From Paraphysomonas bandaiensis (Eukaryota > Protista > Chrysophyceae), in NCBI GenBank assembly GCA_965644295.1, contig CBFFRP010000433.1, forward strand, positions 186,001 to 250,000: a stretch of DNA of 64,000 nucleotides, in the 5' to 3' direction. The notes under the pieces were generated by a model. It searched no databases. It was not told the origin of the DNA and saw nothing but the letters and a program-made list of their open reading frames with translations. Shown one piece after another: positions 13,475 through 26,892 of the stretch (position 1 is its first letter; the number at the start of each line of letters is the position of its first letter). A program made the translations under genes and the position numbers.

Positions 13475-14871
13475 TTAGCAGCGAACAACAATCTTTCCTA
13501 CAGACATTCCCGACTGTATGAGCTGATGTGCTTTAGCTATATCCTTCATTTCAAATACAGTGACCTCTGCAACCTTAATTTTGTCGCTCTCTAGCCAGCT
13601 TACTATCTGTTCCATATATTCGTGTATCAGAGCATGCTCCTCAGCAAAGAATGACAGGTTAAACCCCATCACCGCTCTAGATTCCACAACCATGGCCATT
13701 GCATCAAACTTTGGCATTTTTAAGATTCCAGATATCATATTGAGCCAGGCGAACGGAGAGAGGATATGTGACGCCTTAGGAAGGTTCGAGTGGAAACCAT
13801 ATGTGATGAGCCTAAATCCCAATAGTATCGGTTAAATTCCATGCACGTGAGCATACTTTAGAGTACAAACCTTCCGCACTGAGCCAGATGCTCATAAGAT
13901 TTAGCAAGGGTATCGACGCCCGTTGCATCGAATACGGCCACGTATCCCCCTGTGGACGCCTGGTGCACCGCAGGCCATATATCACCGCCCGCACATGAGC
14001 TCCGGTCAATTACGACATCGGCTCCCAGCTCACGGCATACAGAAACCTTGTGCGCTGATCCTACAACGGCCACAATTGGGCTAAACCCACATAGCTTGCA
14101 CACTTGTAGCAACATAGAGCCAACCCCACCTATACACGCATACCGACCAATAAAGGAGATTAATTAGAAAAATGAATAGAACTACCTACCAGCAGCGCTG
14201 TGAACCAGAACTGCCTTATTACATGTAATAACTTTTTGCTGTGGCCAAGCTCCTGTTAGTGATACAGCATGGAGAGCAGTTCCAGCTACCGCTGGGACTG
14301 CTGCGGCCACTTCCATACCCAATCCTTTTGGTACTCGCCTTATTTGATGACAGGGCACCATTATACGACTAGAGTACGCACCAAAGAGTGTAAAACCAAA
14401 TACCGCATCACCCTCTTCGAATCCAGAAGATGGTCCAGCCCACATGACGGTACCAGAAAAATCAAAGCCCGGGACAATCGGCCACCCCACATACCGTAGT
14501 GCACTTTCGTACAGACCCCAGCGGATAGTCACATCTGCATAGTTGACTGAGAAATAAGAAGTCTTGACTAACACATGGTTGTCTGCATAAATACTGTTTT
14601 TTGGCATGGAAGACAGTGCAAACGGTGGCTTCAGATCAGGTATATTGTACCCAATGGTCGCCATAGAATCTTTAGGTAAATCACGATATACAAGCTGATC
14701 TAATCCACCAGGACCATTAATAGTAACACATACTTGATCTGTTACAGGTGCTTTAGGGGTAGGATCATATATATATTTGGGAATATATGTAAGTAACCAA
14801 CTCAGTATGTTAAGCAGACACGCCTGTATCTGATTCATTAATACGGAAACATCTTGGCCTAATAGCTTCAT
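13475..14871 (-). CDS. MDR-family NAD(P)H oxidoreductase, VAT-1/quinone-reductase-like, 3 exons
   Basis: SVNYADV..RWGLY, PIVPGFDFSG, VLVHSAAG|GVGSML, LGADVVIDR, AHQLIQSGMSVGKIV. Confidence 0.88.
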
Positions 14872-15399
14872 ATGATATCAATGGAATAGATATATGAGAG
14901 AGTGATTGTAGAGTGAGTTGGAGAGTATGATGGTGGTACTGTGGACAGTGTTGGCTGGATGCATAGACAGAAGCAAGTAACTCTATACTATATGCATGTG
15001 TATATGTACAGAGTATATGTGTGTGTATATATGTGTGTGTATCAATATGTACTGCTGTACTGGTGTATATGAGGACCTATCACTGCACCTATATATAATA
15101 CAATGTATACAGAGTATACAGTACATGGGTGTCTATGTATATACAGTGACCGTACAAACTATTATACAGATTGTATTATGGGACAGCCATATCTTTGTGT
15201 ACAGAATGTGCCCATATATATATACATATATGCATATGAAGCGATACTGCAAACATTAGCACCACCATAAACTGTACTTAATTTACCATGTACACGGGAG
15301 TATCGATAAGTAGTAACGTGATCAAAAGATGATTTTAATGAATACAGTAAATATGCTCAGCCATTTCATTTTAGCGCAGTCCGGTCGATATCAATATAT

Positions 15400-16160
15400 C
15401 AGGGATAGGGAACAATATATTGCAATACTATTGTTAGATAGCGTTCCATCAATAATATTGATGGATTTTTTAAACTGGTCCTACAATACAATTACAATAT
15501 ATTGCAATATATTGTCAATGTATTGCAATATATTAGTATGACTACTCAGTAGGTAAACACATCCGTAGATTTCATTTTTAGTAGTAGTCATTAAGATCAC
15601 ATGACAACCAAACCAACTGCTGCTTATAGCTACTAAAAATCCACCTCGTCCTCATCCTCTGACCTCGTCCTCATCCTCTGAGCCATCATCGGTGAGGTCA
15701 ACATCAACATATTCAGAAACAACAGCATATTAAGTAGGATGGATACTTTTGCGAAACACTGATATAATATGTTTAGTTGCGCTGAACAGACGCTCCCATG
15801 TATTGGAAGTACATACCAGGGCCAGGCAACCGTTAATGACTCGTGGATCTGTACGTTTCTTAATATTTTGAGCTGACTGAAGATTTTTAGTCGCATTGTC
15901 AACATCAGCTTCATTATCCTTTGTAATGTTGTAATCAATTTCTCGGTTATTTATATCCATTTTGCACCCTACAGTTGAGAATCTTCTCTTATATGACTAT
16001 CATAATATTGATTGCAATGTATTGCAATAGTATTGTGAGCTCTTTTAACAGAAACACTATTGATGGAATATTTGACCAGTCCACCAATCAATATATTTTA
16101 CAATATATTGCAATATATTGTACAATGTATTGCAATACAATATATTGTTCCCTATCCCTG
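15400..16160 (-). mobile_element. Non-autonomous hAT derivative (761 bp, family 1) with a decayed transposase 3' remnant
   Basis: TIR cagggatagggaacaatatattg at both ends; 8-bp TSD caatatat (15392-15399 and 16161-16168). Internal VCTSNTWERLFSATKHIISVFRKSIHPT* matches the transposase at 38584-39570. Confidence 0.93.
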
Positions 16161-16496
16161 CAATATATCAATATGAAGTTCCTATTTCACATTGCTAATA
16201 GCCCTTCTGTTGTTCACTCTTCATGTAATACAGAATACACGAAAAACACAAAATATATTATAAAAACCTTTTACCTAAAGAGACCAATCCATAACGATGC
16301 AATATCTATTTTATCCACATATCGCAACTAATATGTATTATTTCTTACTGCAATATAATCATGCTACAGCAGGGATAGTAATCGTATACCATGATACTCT
16401 TTCTGTTGCAACAAATAGATCGCTGGTTGACTGACTATCAGTTACATTTATGCACACTATATATCTCATTGTCGATATTAATTTCTATAGCTCATA

Positions 16497-18825
16497 TCAT
16501 ACTTCATTATCCTGCAGAGGCGGCGGGCTGTATTCAGCTGAGAGCTCCGTACTGCTGTTGTTATTAGCTACGCTCTTGGTAAGGGGCTTGGGATGCAGCT
16601 TGACATCTTTAACTGGGCGAGAGGTCCAGGGAGTTTTGCTAGCTTCTTCAACTTGCTTGAGCTCTGCTGCGCTAAACTGTAGCAGCAAAGCAAGGACAGG
16701 TACCAAGGCATCTTTCTCTGTCGAAGCAGCAGGAAAACTCATATACTACAATGAAAACTCACATCAGACTAAGTATGTACTAAATATATATTATTCATTC
16801 ACCTGTAGAACCACATTTTTCAAGTAATCCATATTTACTCCCTCACGCCTTGCCATTCGTCGTAGTTCAGATAACTCCCCGACTGCCCTAGTATGATTCT
16901 GTTGGAGTCGAGCCAAATCTAGATCCTTCGCTGCCAAAGCTGTTTGAAGCTGTTGGAATGCTAGTTCCCTTGTATCCCTGCATAGATTTAGAACCGGTTA
17001 CGCTGTTTCAGTCATTGCAAGGTGAACACATACTTGCTAGCACCAATGGACGCCTCTCTTGAGGCCTGAGACTGCGCTAATTCAAATATCTTCCTCTCGC
17101 TTGGCCTCCCCGATGCGATCTCCTCCTGCAATTTATCCACCTTGTCCTTCAGTAGACGAATTTCTTCGTCCCTTTCGGATACTAAAACCCGAGCCGCTGC
17201 ACTCTTTTTGGCACATTCAGCCTGCGCTTCTTCAATCTGTTTGGAAGTAGACTCTTTCAATACCTTCAACTCTGTCTCGTGGTTGCTCTTCAAATCCGAT
17301 ATTGTTTTCGACATTTCATCTTTCATAGCATTGTGCTCTCTTATCCGCTCTTCTAATCTTGCCTCCCCTTCTGATATAGTGGCCTGTAGGGCAGTTACAC
17401 GCTCCACAGCTTCTTCCATCGCTTTGGTCTTCTCGTTTAGCTCTTCTCTTACCGACTCAAGCTCAGACTCTACAGTTGCAAGCATGGCCGTGCGCAAGGC
17501 ATGATTCGTCTCTGCAGTTGACAGCTGATTCTGCAGCCGAGTCACCAAAGAGTTTGCTTCATCTAGTTTCGTTTCCGCCTCAGCAAGATGTTCTTTGTTC
17601 TCCACCATGCGCACAAGCTGGCCCTCTGCCCTTACCCTGTATTCCTCTAGGTCTTTTACACGACGACTAAGTTCCTCTTTACTTGCTAGAGCCGACTTCA
17701 AATCTTTCCTAAGAGCACCAAGAAGAGCCTCCTGTTCCGCTTTGAGTAGAGCACCAGCATTGTTATTCCTTTCAAGTTCTCTGACTTTGTCCTTCGCCTT
17801 CTCACACTCTTCCTTCATTAATTGATGGGCTGATGTAAGCTCTTTTATCTCCGATTTTAGGCTTTCTACCATCGCAGTCTGAGCTGCTGATGTTGTCTCC
17901 TTTGCGGCAAGCACCTCTTTCTCCTTATCAACTTTCATTTGCTGCATTTTGTAGAACACAAGGTCTTCTTCTCTCCCCGTCTTCTCCGCCTCTAACTGCT
18001 TCTCCAATTCTTCTATTTGGCCTACCTTTTCTTCTACACTTACTTCGAGGTTGTGAATAGTACTCCTGAGGGAGCGCTCAGTACCTCGAAATTTGTCGTT
18101 TTCCTCTCTCAAAGAGTCTACCTCTGCTCGCAGTGATTCACATTCTTTTTGTGAGCGCTAAAAGTATCAAGACAACAGTTAATTTACGTATCCAGTATGG
18201 CACATTGCAAGTAAGCACACATACATGCATGATCATGTATTGAACAATATCATATCAAGTCACAGTATGCATAGCTCACCTCCAACTCATCTCTTAGTTC
18301 ATCTAGCTGCTCAGATGAAACGGTACTAACTTGGTCAGATGTAGCACTCATATTTCCAGGCCCAGAGTCCTTATCACGAGCTCGTAGTTCTGCTTTTAGC
18401 GCAGACACCTCACTCTGATGCTCATGCTTCAGAGACCGCAGCTTGTCTTCCAAGTCCAATACGTGCGACTTCTCGGAATTCAGTTGATGCAACCAGGCAT
18501 CTTTGACCGTATCAATATCAACTACGTCATTATTACTAGCGAATCCTGGATCAGAAATAGATGCTCGTAGAAGATCAAGCAATAGATTTCTATCCTGTAC
18601 CAATTGCTTTTGTTTTTTTACTAGCTCCTGACCCTTGCTCTCCATCGCCTGCATTCTCTTATTTAATTTCATACATAAATGAAGTAATTCCTCTTTTGGT
18701 ATATCATTTGGATCATTTTCAGTCTTAGTAGCGGGTTTATTACTATCCATTCCACCAAATATAGATGAAAAATAATTCCCCCCACTAGCACTCTTATTCT
18801 CTGCTTTCTTTAATGAATCTGACAT
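16497..18825 (-). CDS. GRIP-domain golgin (long coiled coil plus C-terminal GRIP)
   Basis: Heptad-rich exons. Spliced C-terminus REGVNMDYLKNVVLQ|YMSFP..EKDALVPVLALLLQFSAAE fits the GRIP consensus. Confidence 0.87.
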
Positions 18826-19405
18826 ATGATTAATCGATATATGAAAGTTAATTAAACAAATACTAGATAGATAGAATGAATCTCATGAATGATGAAGGTT
18901 AGAGATTGATAATCAAGAGATACTAACATACACCTGCAGCAGTGCTTTGTATGATGCCCCTCCGCTGCGACTGAAAACTGTGTATATATATACAGTAGAA
19001 GGACTATTTTGCCTAATAGTTTACAAAAATCATATATTTTTTTGAAAATATGGGTATATATTATACTCTATTGATAAAATCTGGATATTATAAAGAAAAC
19101 ATTCAATATATTATGAAAAATCTCTGTTCGTGTTGTTTACCCCATTTTCAGCCTCACTGAGCAGAGTGGGCATGTCATGTATGGATGTATATGTCCATAT
19201 GGACTGTGTAGTAGTACTGCTGTAGTGTACGTGTACTGACATATAGGAAGATCTCATACGAATATATCACTGCATTCTCACTGTACTTGAATGGTCCATC
19301 TAGAACTCAATGCATCTCTTGTGACTTCTCTCATATATATATACATACACTGATCTATATATACAATCACAGTGTTTATTCAATTAAACAATCCATAAGA
19401 ATCGG

Positions 19406-22044
19406 ATGTCTACTATCAAGTCCTGGACACCAATATATATAACCATAGGAAGTGCCTGTGGTTATATCCTTGTAACATCTTTAATCCATCAACCAGGATC
19501 ATCATTATGCCGATATGATTATGAATATGCTGAATGGACTCAATATGCTTTAATGGCAGCAATTGGTGCATTTGCTTTCTCTTGTCTTATACAACTCAGA
19601 CGATTAGTGTTTATTATGTTTTCTGGTAGTCATGACACTACATTTTATATCATACTCAGTACATTACTTATCAATATTCTTGGTGGTATGTCGGTTGCTT
19701 TGGAGCGTATAGAACATAACTTGTGTCATGATAATTTTGGGTAAGTTTTTGTTATGTTAGTTGCTATTTCTTATAATTTTTGGTGCATAGTGTTGTTACC
19801 TACGCAGCTAACTGGTGCTCGTGGACCATCACAGTACCATTGCTAATGTACACTGTGCTTGTACCTGAGTTTGGTAAGGCCCCGACTCCAACTGATGTCA
19901 AAGCCATTGTAACTATATTTCTTACCATTGTGTTTGGTTTTGCAATGCAGTTCAATGGTCTGCAACTCTTTGGTACTGTTATTTTTTTTATTCTCAGCTG
20001 CGTGACTTTCACTCTGGCATTATACTTCATGTATGTGTCCAATGCGGAAAGCAAGGAGCTATACAGTGAACTTGTTAATGCTAATTCGAATTTGTGCGGG
20101 GAGGAAAAGTTTCGATTAGATTTGAAGTTGGATCTGTCGGTTACTTTTGCAGTAGTGATGTGCTTTTTCCCTTTAGTCTATATTTTGGCAATGATTGGAG
20201 CTTTAAATCCAAGCACCACTCTCATGAGCTATCTTGTGTTAGATGTGGCTGCTAAGGGCTTTGTAGCCTTCACTGCCATGGACTCGCACCTGTCTCTGTT
20301 ATACTCGGTTAAAGCTGATCTAGCATTACAAGTCAAAGCCAATGCACGCAAGCGAGCATTCATTCGGTACATGTTCCACGAGACTCGCATCCCTCTTAAT
20401 GCTATTGCTATGGGTGTTGACTTTTTTGTTTCATCCGCGGGTAATGCTTTGAGTAAATCAGAAGGTAACGATGCTGTTTCGGCAAAGGAATCTCTGGACA
20501 CTATTGTTGCTGCGACTGATTACTTAGAAGAGGCACTTAACAGTTATCTGACCATGCAGCAAGTAGAGGAGGGTACTTTTGATATTGACTGCGAAGAAGT
20601 AAATTTAAAGAAATTGTGGGCAGAAATAGTGGATGACGTTTCGAAAAATCTGGACAAACGCAATCTTCAAGTGTTACAAAAATCGGGAGATCAGCTTCCA
20701 GAGAGTATATTTGCTGATCGTCGACAGTTGATGTATGCACTGAAAAGTCTTCTTTTTTGCGTCGCATCACGTTCTCACCCGGGAAGTGCAGTACAAGTGA
20801 CGACCTCAACTACTATTAAAGAATCTGTTAAAAGTGGCCCTCGAGGGGGCACTCAAGGCATATATTCTGTCGAGCTATCGTTTGATTCCTCAGGATGTAT
20901 CATATCTACTGAAGATCAAAGACATTTATTTGAAGCATATGGTACATTATTCACGGGGGATATGCTGGGGCAGTATGGTTCCGGACTATCGCCTGTGATT
21001 GCGAAAGAAATAATTTCTCTACACAATGGAACCGTTCATGTGTCGACCTCCTCTTCAGGCGGATTGGTGTGCACAGTGCGTATGAATCTACGAAGTGCTG
21101 GAAAGGATATGCTGCTGGAAAAACCCTCTAAGCGCCGCGCCCCCCATTACTTAGATTTATCAAAACTTCGCTCTGTTAGAGTGTCTGCTCGTGTTGGCAT
21201 TGCTTCACCATCTTCTCCCACAGCGAGTACTACCTCGTATCACCTGGGCCAATCTTTTAGCAATCGCGAGGGCTCTGAAAAATTAAAAACGTCAGCGAAT
21301 AATGGTCAGACCTCAAGCTCACCACATCACAAGTATACTTCAATATCGCAGAGTGAGCCGAACCACAGCGTGAATGTGGCTGATGAAAGTACAATAACAC
21401 ATCATCAGCCATCTATGGGAACTGGTAAGTAATGGAGTTGTGATTATATAAACATCCGTTTTTATCAATATTATGTTGTAGGAGTTGAGATGGTGGAATG
21501 GGATAAGAGGGATCTACCTGATGTGTCTGACCTTAGAGTATTATGTGTAGACGGTACGTGGAGTGTATAGTGATTAGCAGCATGTTTCTGATGTAATATT
21601 CTGTAGACACGCCTTCAAATACAAGAATGTTACAATGGCTCCTGAAGCAATTTAGTGTTAGTTCTATAGCTGCCACGAATGGATTGGAAGCTACATTGTT
21701 ATACCAAGAAAATCCAAGCCTCCACATTATATTTATGGATTACACGATGCCAGTTGTGGTAAGCGAAGCACTGTTTATTCTCTCCTTGTCATGTTAATTT
21801 GTTGTGATGACAGAATGGTATCGAAGCCACAAGAATAATTCGGAATAAAGGTTTCTTGGGTTGCATTGTTGCTGTTACTGGCAATGCTATGGACGATGAC
21901 GTGCAAGAATTTTTGGATGTTGGAGCTGATGCAGTTGTTACCAAACCAATGAAGCGAAATAAACTGGAGGCAATATTAGCGTGTTTTGTGATGTCACGAA
22001 CTCTAGGCGAAGCTCGTCACAATTTAAGGTCGCTGCAGCACTGA
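19406..22044 (+). CDS. Rhodopsin-histidine kinase-response regulator fusion (HKR-like), exons 19406-19740, 19791-21424, 21482-21553, 21607-21758, 21814-22044
   Basis: TM region has helix C-like YAANWCSWTITVPLLM, helix F-like MCFFPLVYIL and helix G YLVLDVAAKGF (DxxxK). H-box FIRYMFHETRIPLNAI and an HATPase-like region follow. Receiver: LRVLCVD|DTPSN..IFMDYTMP..VAVTGN..VTKP. Confidence 0.85.
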
Positions 22045-23733
22045 ATATCTTATTACTATTGATATAATCAGAGTAGTGACGATGGAACGAGCTGAGCGAG
22101 TAATCTCTGGGTTCTTAGTTGATATTGTATTAGAGATTACACTAGTTTTTGCAGAAGAGAAGTTCAGCAAAAACTGTATCAACGTAGTGCACACTGTTAA
22201 GTAGTTTGCGTTTTAATATTAGTTGTGCACTGAATCGTGTGGAGAATATTTGTGGTCAATATTTATGTATGGAGTAATGATTCGGACTTCGAAATTCTTG
22301 TGCTTATTGTCTTTTGCTCATTTTATACCTTAGATCGTTAGAGAAAAGTTAAGTCGTCAGACAGAATATTTATTAGTGCCTCTCATCGACATGAGTCTTT
22401 CTAACCTACTGAAGTAAAGGACACTTTCATTCCTTGTTTCCCTCGGCAAAAATTACTATATTATTGCATACACCATTGTGTCATTTCGCACAAAAGTCAT
22501 CACCAGCACAATTTTATTATTCTGATTGCAACCACTGATATCTTGAATCGTCATAATACTTCAGTTTTACAGATACACAACTTTACAGTATTTGGACTAC
22601 GCATTACTCTTTATCACATTGTACTTATCGAATAATACACTTTTATCCTCTTAGTAAAACGTATAGGTATGCTAACAGGTCTTCTATAAATTGCCCAGTT
22701 CTATTATCTAAAAAGAAATACAGCAGGCGCTAATAAGTTTGGGTTATGTTTCACGTTGCACTACTACTTCTGCGACAAGTAGAAAATTTCTTTAAACATA
22801 CATATATTCATCTGGGTTGTAATAATTAGATAGCCAGGCTATCCACTACACAAAATATTTCCCTGTTGTTATAAGTAATTAATTGATAGAAAAATAATAC
22901 TATGGTGGTACTAGTTTGACTTCATGCTACTTCTTTTATCTAGCTTGACTAGTTTGACCATGTAGCTACTCAGCTGGTGCAGATTTTAACGCCTATTGCT
23001 AATAATAAGACTTTCAATGTGATAATAGACGACCATATAATTAATTCACATGTTAGATATATATTCGACATTCTACATCCATGAATTCTAAAGCACTATA
23101 TCAGAATTACCACATTAAAGGCTATTAGTATAACCAGAAGTCGTACCACAGACTCTGCTGCTCAATTACATTCCTCATGTATATATGTATACATGGTATG
23201 TCGAAATTGTATAAAGAGTTCGGGAAGCGCTCCTGATTCTATAGACTGTGATATCTGCTATACTGTGACGTCTATAGGATATAGAGTGCATATATATATA
23301 TATTCAGATCAGACTATATGAATGGATCTTTGTAGGTGGAGGTGGGTTGGGTTGATGTACATGGAGGAGGGATGCATATAAAGATGATGCGTGGACATTT
23401 ATTGTACGTATGTTATACGTCAATATACAGTAACATATACAGGCAGCAGTTTCATATGTGTATGTGTATGTATATATACGTGTATGTTATATATGTACTG
23501 TATGGACTACGTACTACAGTACTGCTGTAGGCGTATGTGTCCTGTATATATGTATGTATACGTATATATATGGTATGTATATGTGCGTGTGTGCGTGTAT
23601 GTATGTATATATATATGTACGTATGTATGTGTATATGTTAGTTATGGTTGTTACACACATACATATACACACATACATAGACTCTTATCTCTCTCCTCCC
23701 TATCAACACACCTATGAATTAATAGTAATACAC

Positions 23734-26270
23734 ATGAGCTCTCCTGTAACTGTGGAAGGGACAGAAGGGTCCATTGATGATGATAATATCTCTATTAACA
23801 TCCATTCACGATCACGCGTTATCGAGTATGAAGTTATGCATAATATATCAAGACCTATAAGTCCAATGCATTTAATTGTTACTTCATCATCTAAAGAAGA
23901 CAAGAGATGGTCAGGTCCTACTGTATCAGTCACAAAGCCATCCTCACCTGACAATAGTACTCAACTGAACTCTTCCAGTATATATGGTGTGGGACCTGCA
24001 GTTAGTTATAAACGTATAGAGCCTCCGAGTCCCATACCTAATCGAAAAGGTAAAGGCAGTAATGTTGTATCACCATTGCCGGAGAGAGTACGTGAGAAGG
24101 GTTTAGTGAACGGGAATAGAGGCGACACTGCTATGATAAAAAATTCGAAACTCAACATGAATTCAGGAAAGGCATGTATTAGAACAAAATCACATGCTCC
24201 ACCTATTCTTGCCCAGGTACTTTTACTGTGTGTTATGATTCACTGTTGTTAGTTTCTTGTTTGTGGATGTTCGTAGGTTAAACTCGATGATTCCAAGAGA
24301 TATGTGAGAAATCCCACTCGTGCAGTGGCTGATTCACTATCGGGAAACACTGTAGCTCTTGGAGAAGCCAGAGAACAGTCCAATCGCATTCGTATTGCCA
24401 AAATTAAAGAGCAGCAAAAAATACGTCGCTATGGCCATGGGATATCACCTTCGCAACGAATATCAAAGCTGCAGACGGACTTACAGCAGGTAATTTTTAA
24501 TAAACAGAGGCAACAAGGTGGATCTGCTCTTCCTCTTCATATACTACAAACTCAATTGAGGCTGTCGAGTTCCTCGTCTATCATTGATAACTCCTTTAGA
24601 TCGACAGATGCCCTTCCATCTCAAATTATTCGTGTGGAAATGCCAGCCCGCCGTTCTCAATCTCCAACAAACCAAAATACTCAGATCGATGGAAATAGGA
24701 ACTCTATTTGTTCTAATAGTATGGCTTTCTCTGATGAGTGTAGTGATATTGCACCTGACAAGTCGCAGCCTTTGAAGCCTCCGACCACGGGAGATGAAGG
24801 ATCTATTGCCTCAACACTCTCAGGCTGCATGTCGGTGCCCACCGATATGAAGATATCAGATGATATTATTGATTCTCCTGCGGGTCCATCTGCCTTTGCT
24901 CTTGCAACGATGGCCAAGAGGGAGGCTAGCTTTACCGCAGGAAGTACTTCTCCTAATTCAAGACCTAACTCACGGGGTAGAACAAGGGGTCATACAACTG
25001 GTGGGATGGGGAGCGAATTGTTCCAAAGTGAGTCCATGGAAATGGAGCAATTAACATCACCAAATGAGAGGCCCCCTGTTAGACATCCTAATAGCGTGTC
25101 TGTCCAGGAAGTAGAATCCCAAAATGAAATTATGGAGTCTGTTGGGGAAGACGCTGCGAAGGGGATGACTGTTATTGTGCGGACACAGTCGCGTGAGACT
25201 GCACCTGAAGTTACTACACCTAGCATACATGCAGCTGTACCAGTACATCCTATTCCAAGCAGGTAATAGTGAGCACTCGTAGTATTGTAGTTACAGTTTT
25301 AGTTGCGTACCACTCGTCAGTTATATATCGCACGAATCAGCTAAAGTATTACGTCTAGATACTCAAGCGGTGACATCAGAGTTACAGAACTACCCCACGA
25401 TTCATCCACACGAGAATTATCCGGCAATGTTAGGTATGTATATCCAAAAGAATGTGGATATGTGAAGTATATAATGGCGATATATGTAATAAACACAATG
25501 TGTTTTGTGTCTTTAATCATGTCGACTGTATTTTCATCCACTGATTCTTTCGAAGGCGCGTGCAGAATCGTGAGATCGAGATAAAAGCCCGTATACATTG
25601 CGTTATGTGCATGGCATATGCGTCGATATGGTGTGTCGAGTGTCAGCGATCCTACTGCGCGCAATGCTGGAATTCTGTTCCACATCATGAATTTGTAGAC
25701 CCCAAAGAAGCGTGGCAGCATCGATGCCCCAAACACACTGTCAATGTGGTTGGTCATTCTGTTACGGGGCTTCATGTACACATGGACTCACGTGGTGGCA
25801 TTAGTAGAAGGCCTTCCTCCCATGGTGCTTATTCTCAGAAATATAGAGGTGCTCGAACCCTTTCGAAAACTTTGTCCCAGTTCCCTTCGACAGACAGTAT
25901 CATGGAGAATGGGTTCAATCACGCAGAGCAATGGGCCGATCTCAATGATGAATCCAGTTTTTATTCTGAGGGAAGTTCGAAGATTACGGGGTCGCAGAAA
26001 GCGAGTAGGTATGCGATGAAGCTGGACGTTTCATTGATCAATGATGACGACCTTGACTCGGCTTCGAATTTTAGTACAGACGATAGTCGAGATGAATTCT
26101 CCGTGTCAAATAAAGGTACACCTTGTCTACGTGGCAATGGTCCACGGGTGTTGTCACCCAAAGTATGCACTGTCAACGGGTCTAATGGAAACCCTGGGAG
26201 TCATGTAGGAGCTAGCCGAATGCAACTGCACCAACGCGTTAAGCCGTTAAATAGGATCACGAGAAAATGA
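23734..26270 (+). CDS. Ser/Pro-rich largely disordered protein with a B-box zinc finger, multi-exon
   Basis: Consecutive long ORFs linked by GT-AG introns. B-box pattern HCVMCMAYASIWCVECQRSYCAQCWNSVPHH. Confidence 0.7.
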
Positions 26271-26771
26271 TTCCCGCGAGCACTCTACCTGTTGTGTTCT
26301 GCCGAAAACACACAGTGTGTAAATATGCTGCCGTGAAATGGAAAGTGGTGGAAATGCAGCTATATATGCATTCTGTCAATGTTTGCATTGTAATATGGCT
26401 GCAAGAAGTCGTAGATGTTTGTAACTGTTGGACATAGTTTGTATGTTTAATGTCTAATGTGCAGTAGGTGTATTTACTTACAGCTAGAGCTAGTACAAAT
26501 AAGTGTTTAGGGTGTCTTAATTGTATGGGTGTTGTTATGATTTGAGGTTACATTCATAACCCGCTCAGTGCTCGGTTGTGTAATAGTTGAGTTCTAGCTG
26601 TATTTTATTCTATTAGCAACGTTATATATATTATTGTTTTTAGAAATTTCAGTTGCCAAAAATCTGACAACATGGATATAGTGCGTCACAGAACAGTATG
26701 AGTTATGAATTCGCTGTCAGTTTTCTATGTGCATCTATTGCTAATAACAGACATTCAATACTACTGTGTAC

Positions 26772-26892
26772 CAGGGCTAGGAAACAATATATTGTATTGC
26801 AATACATTGTACAACATATTGATTGGTGGATAGGCCACAATTTCCATCAATAGAATTGATACTATATTGCAATATATTGTTTCCTAGTCCTG
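26772..26892 (+). mobile_element. 121-bp hAT mini-MITE related to family 1
   Basis: Ends cagggctaggaaacaatatattg and caatatattgtttcctagtcctg; perfect 8-bp TSD ctgtgtac (26764-26771 and 26893-26900). Confidence 0.9.

Noticed and set aside
23336-23733. Tyr/Val/Cys/Met-rich ORFs (also at 14996, 35870, 42686, 57715)
   Set aside because: Translations of TA/TG microsatellite or minisatellite DNA.
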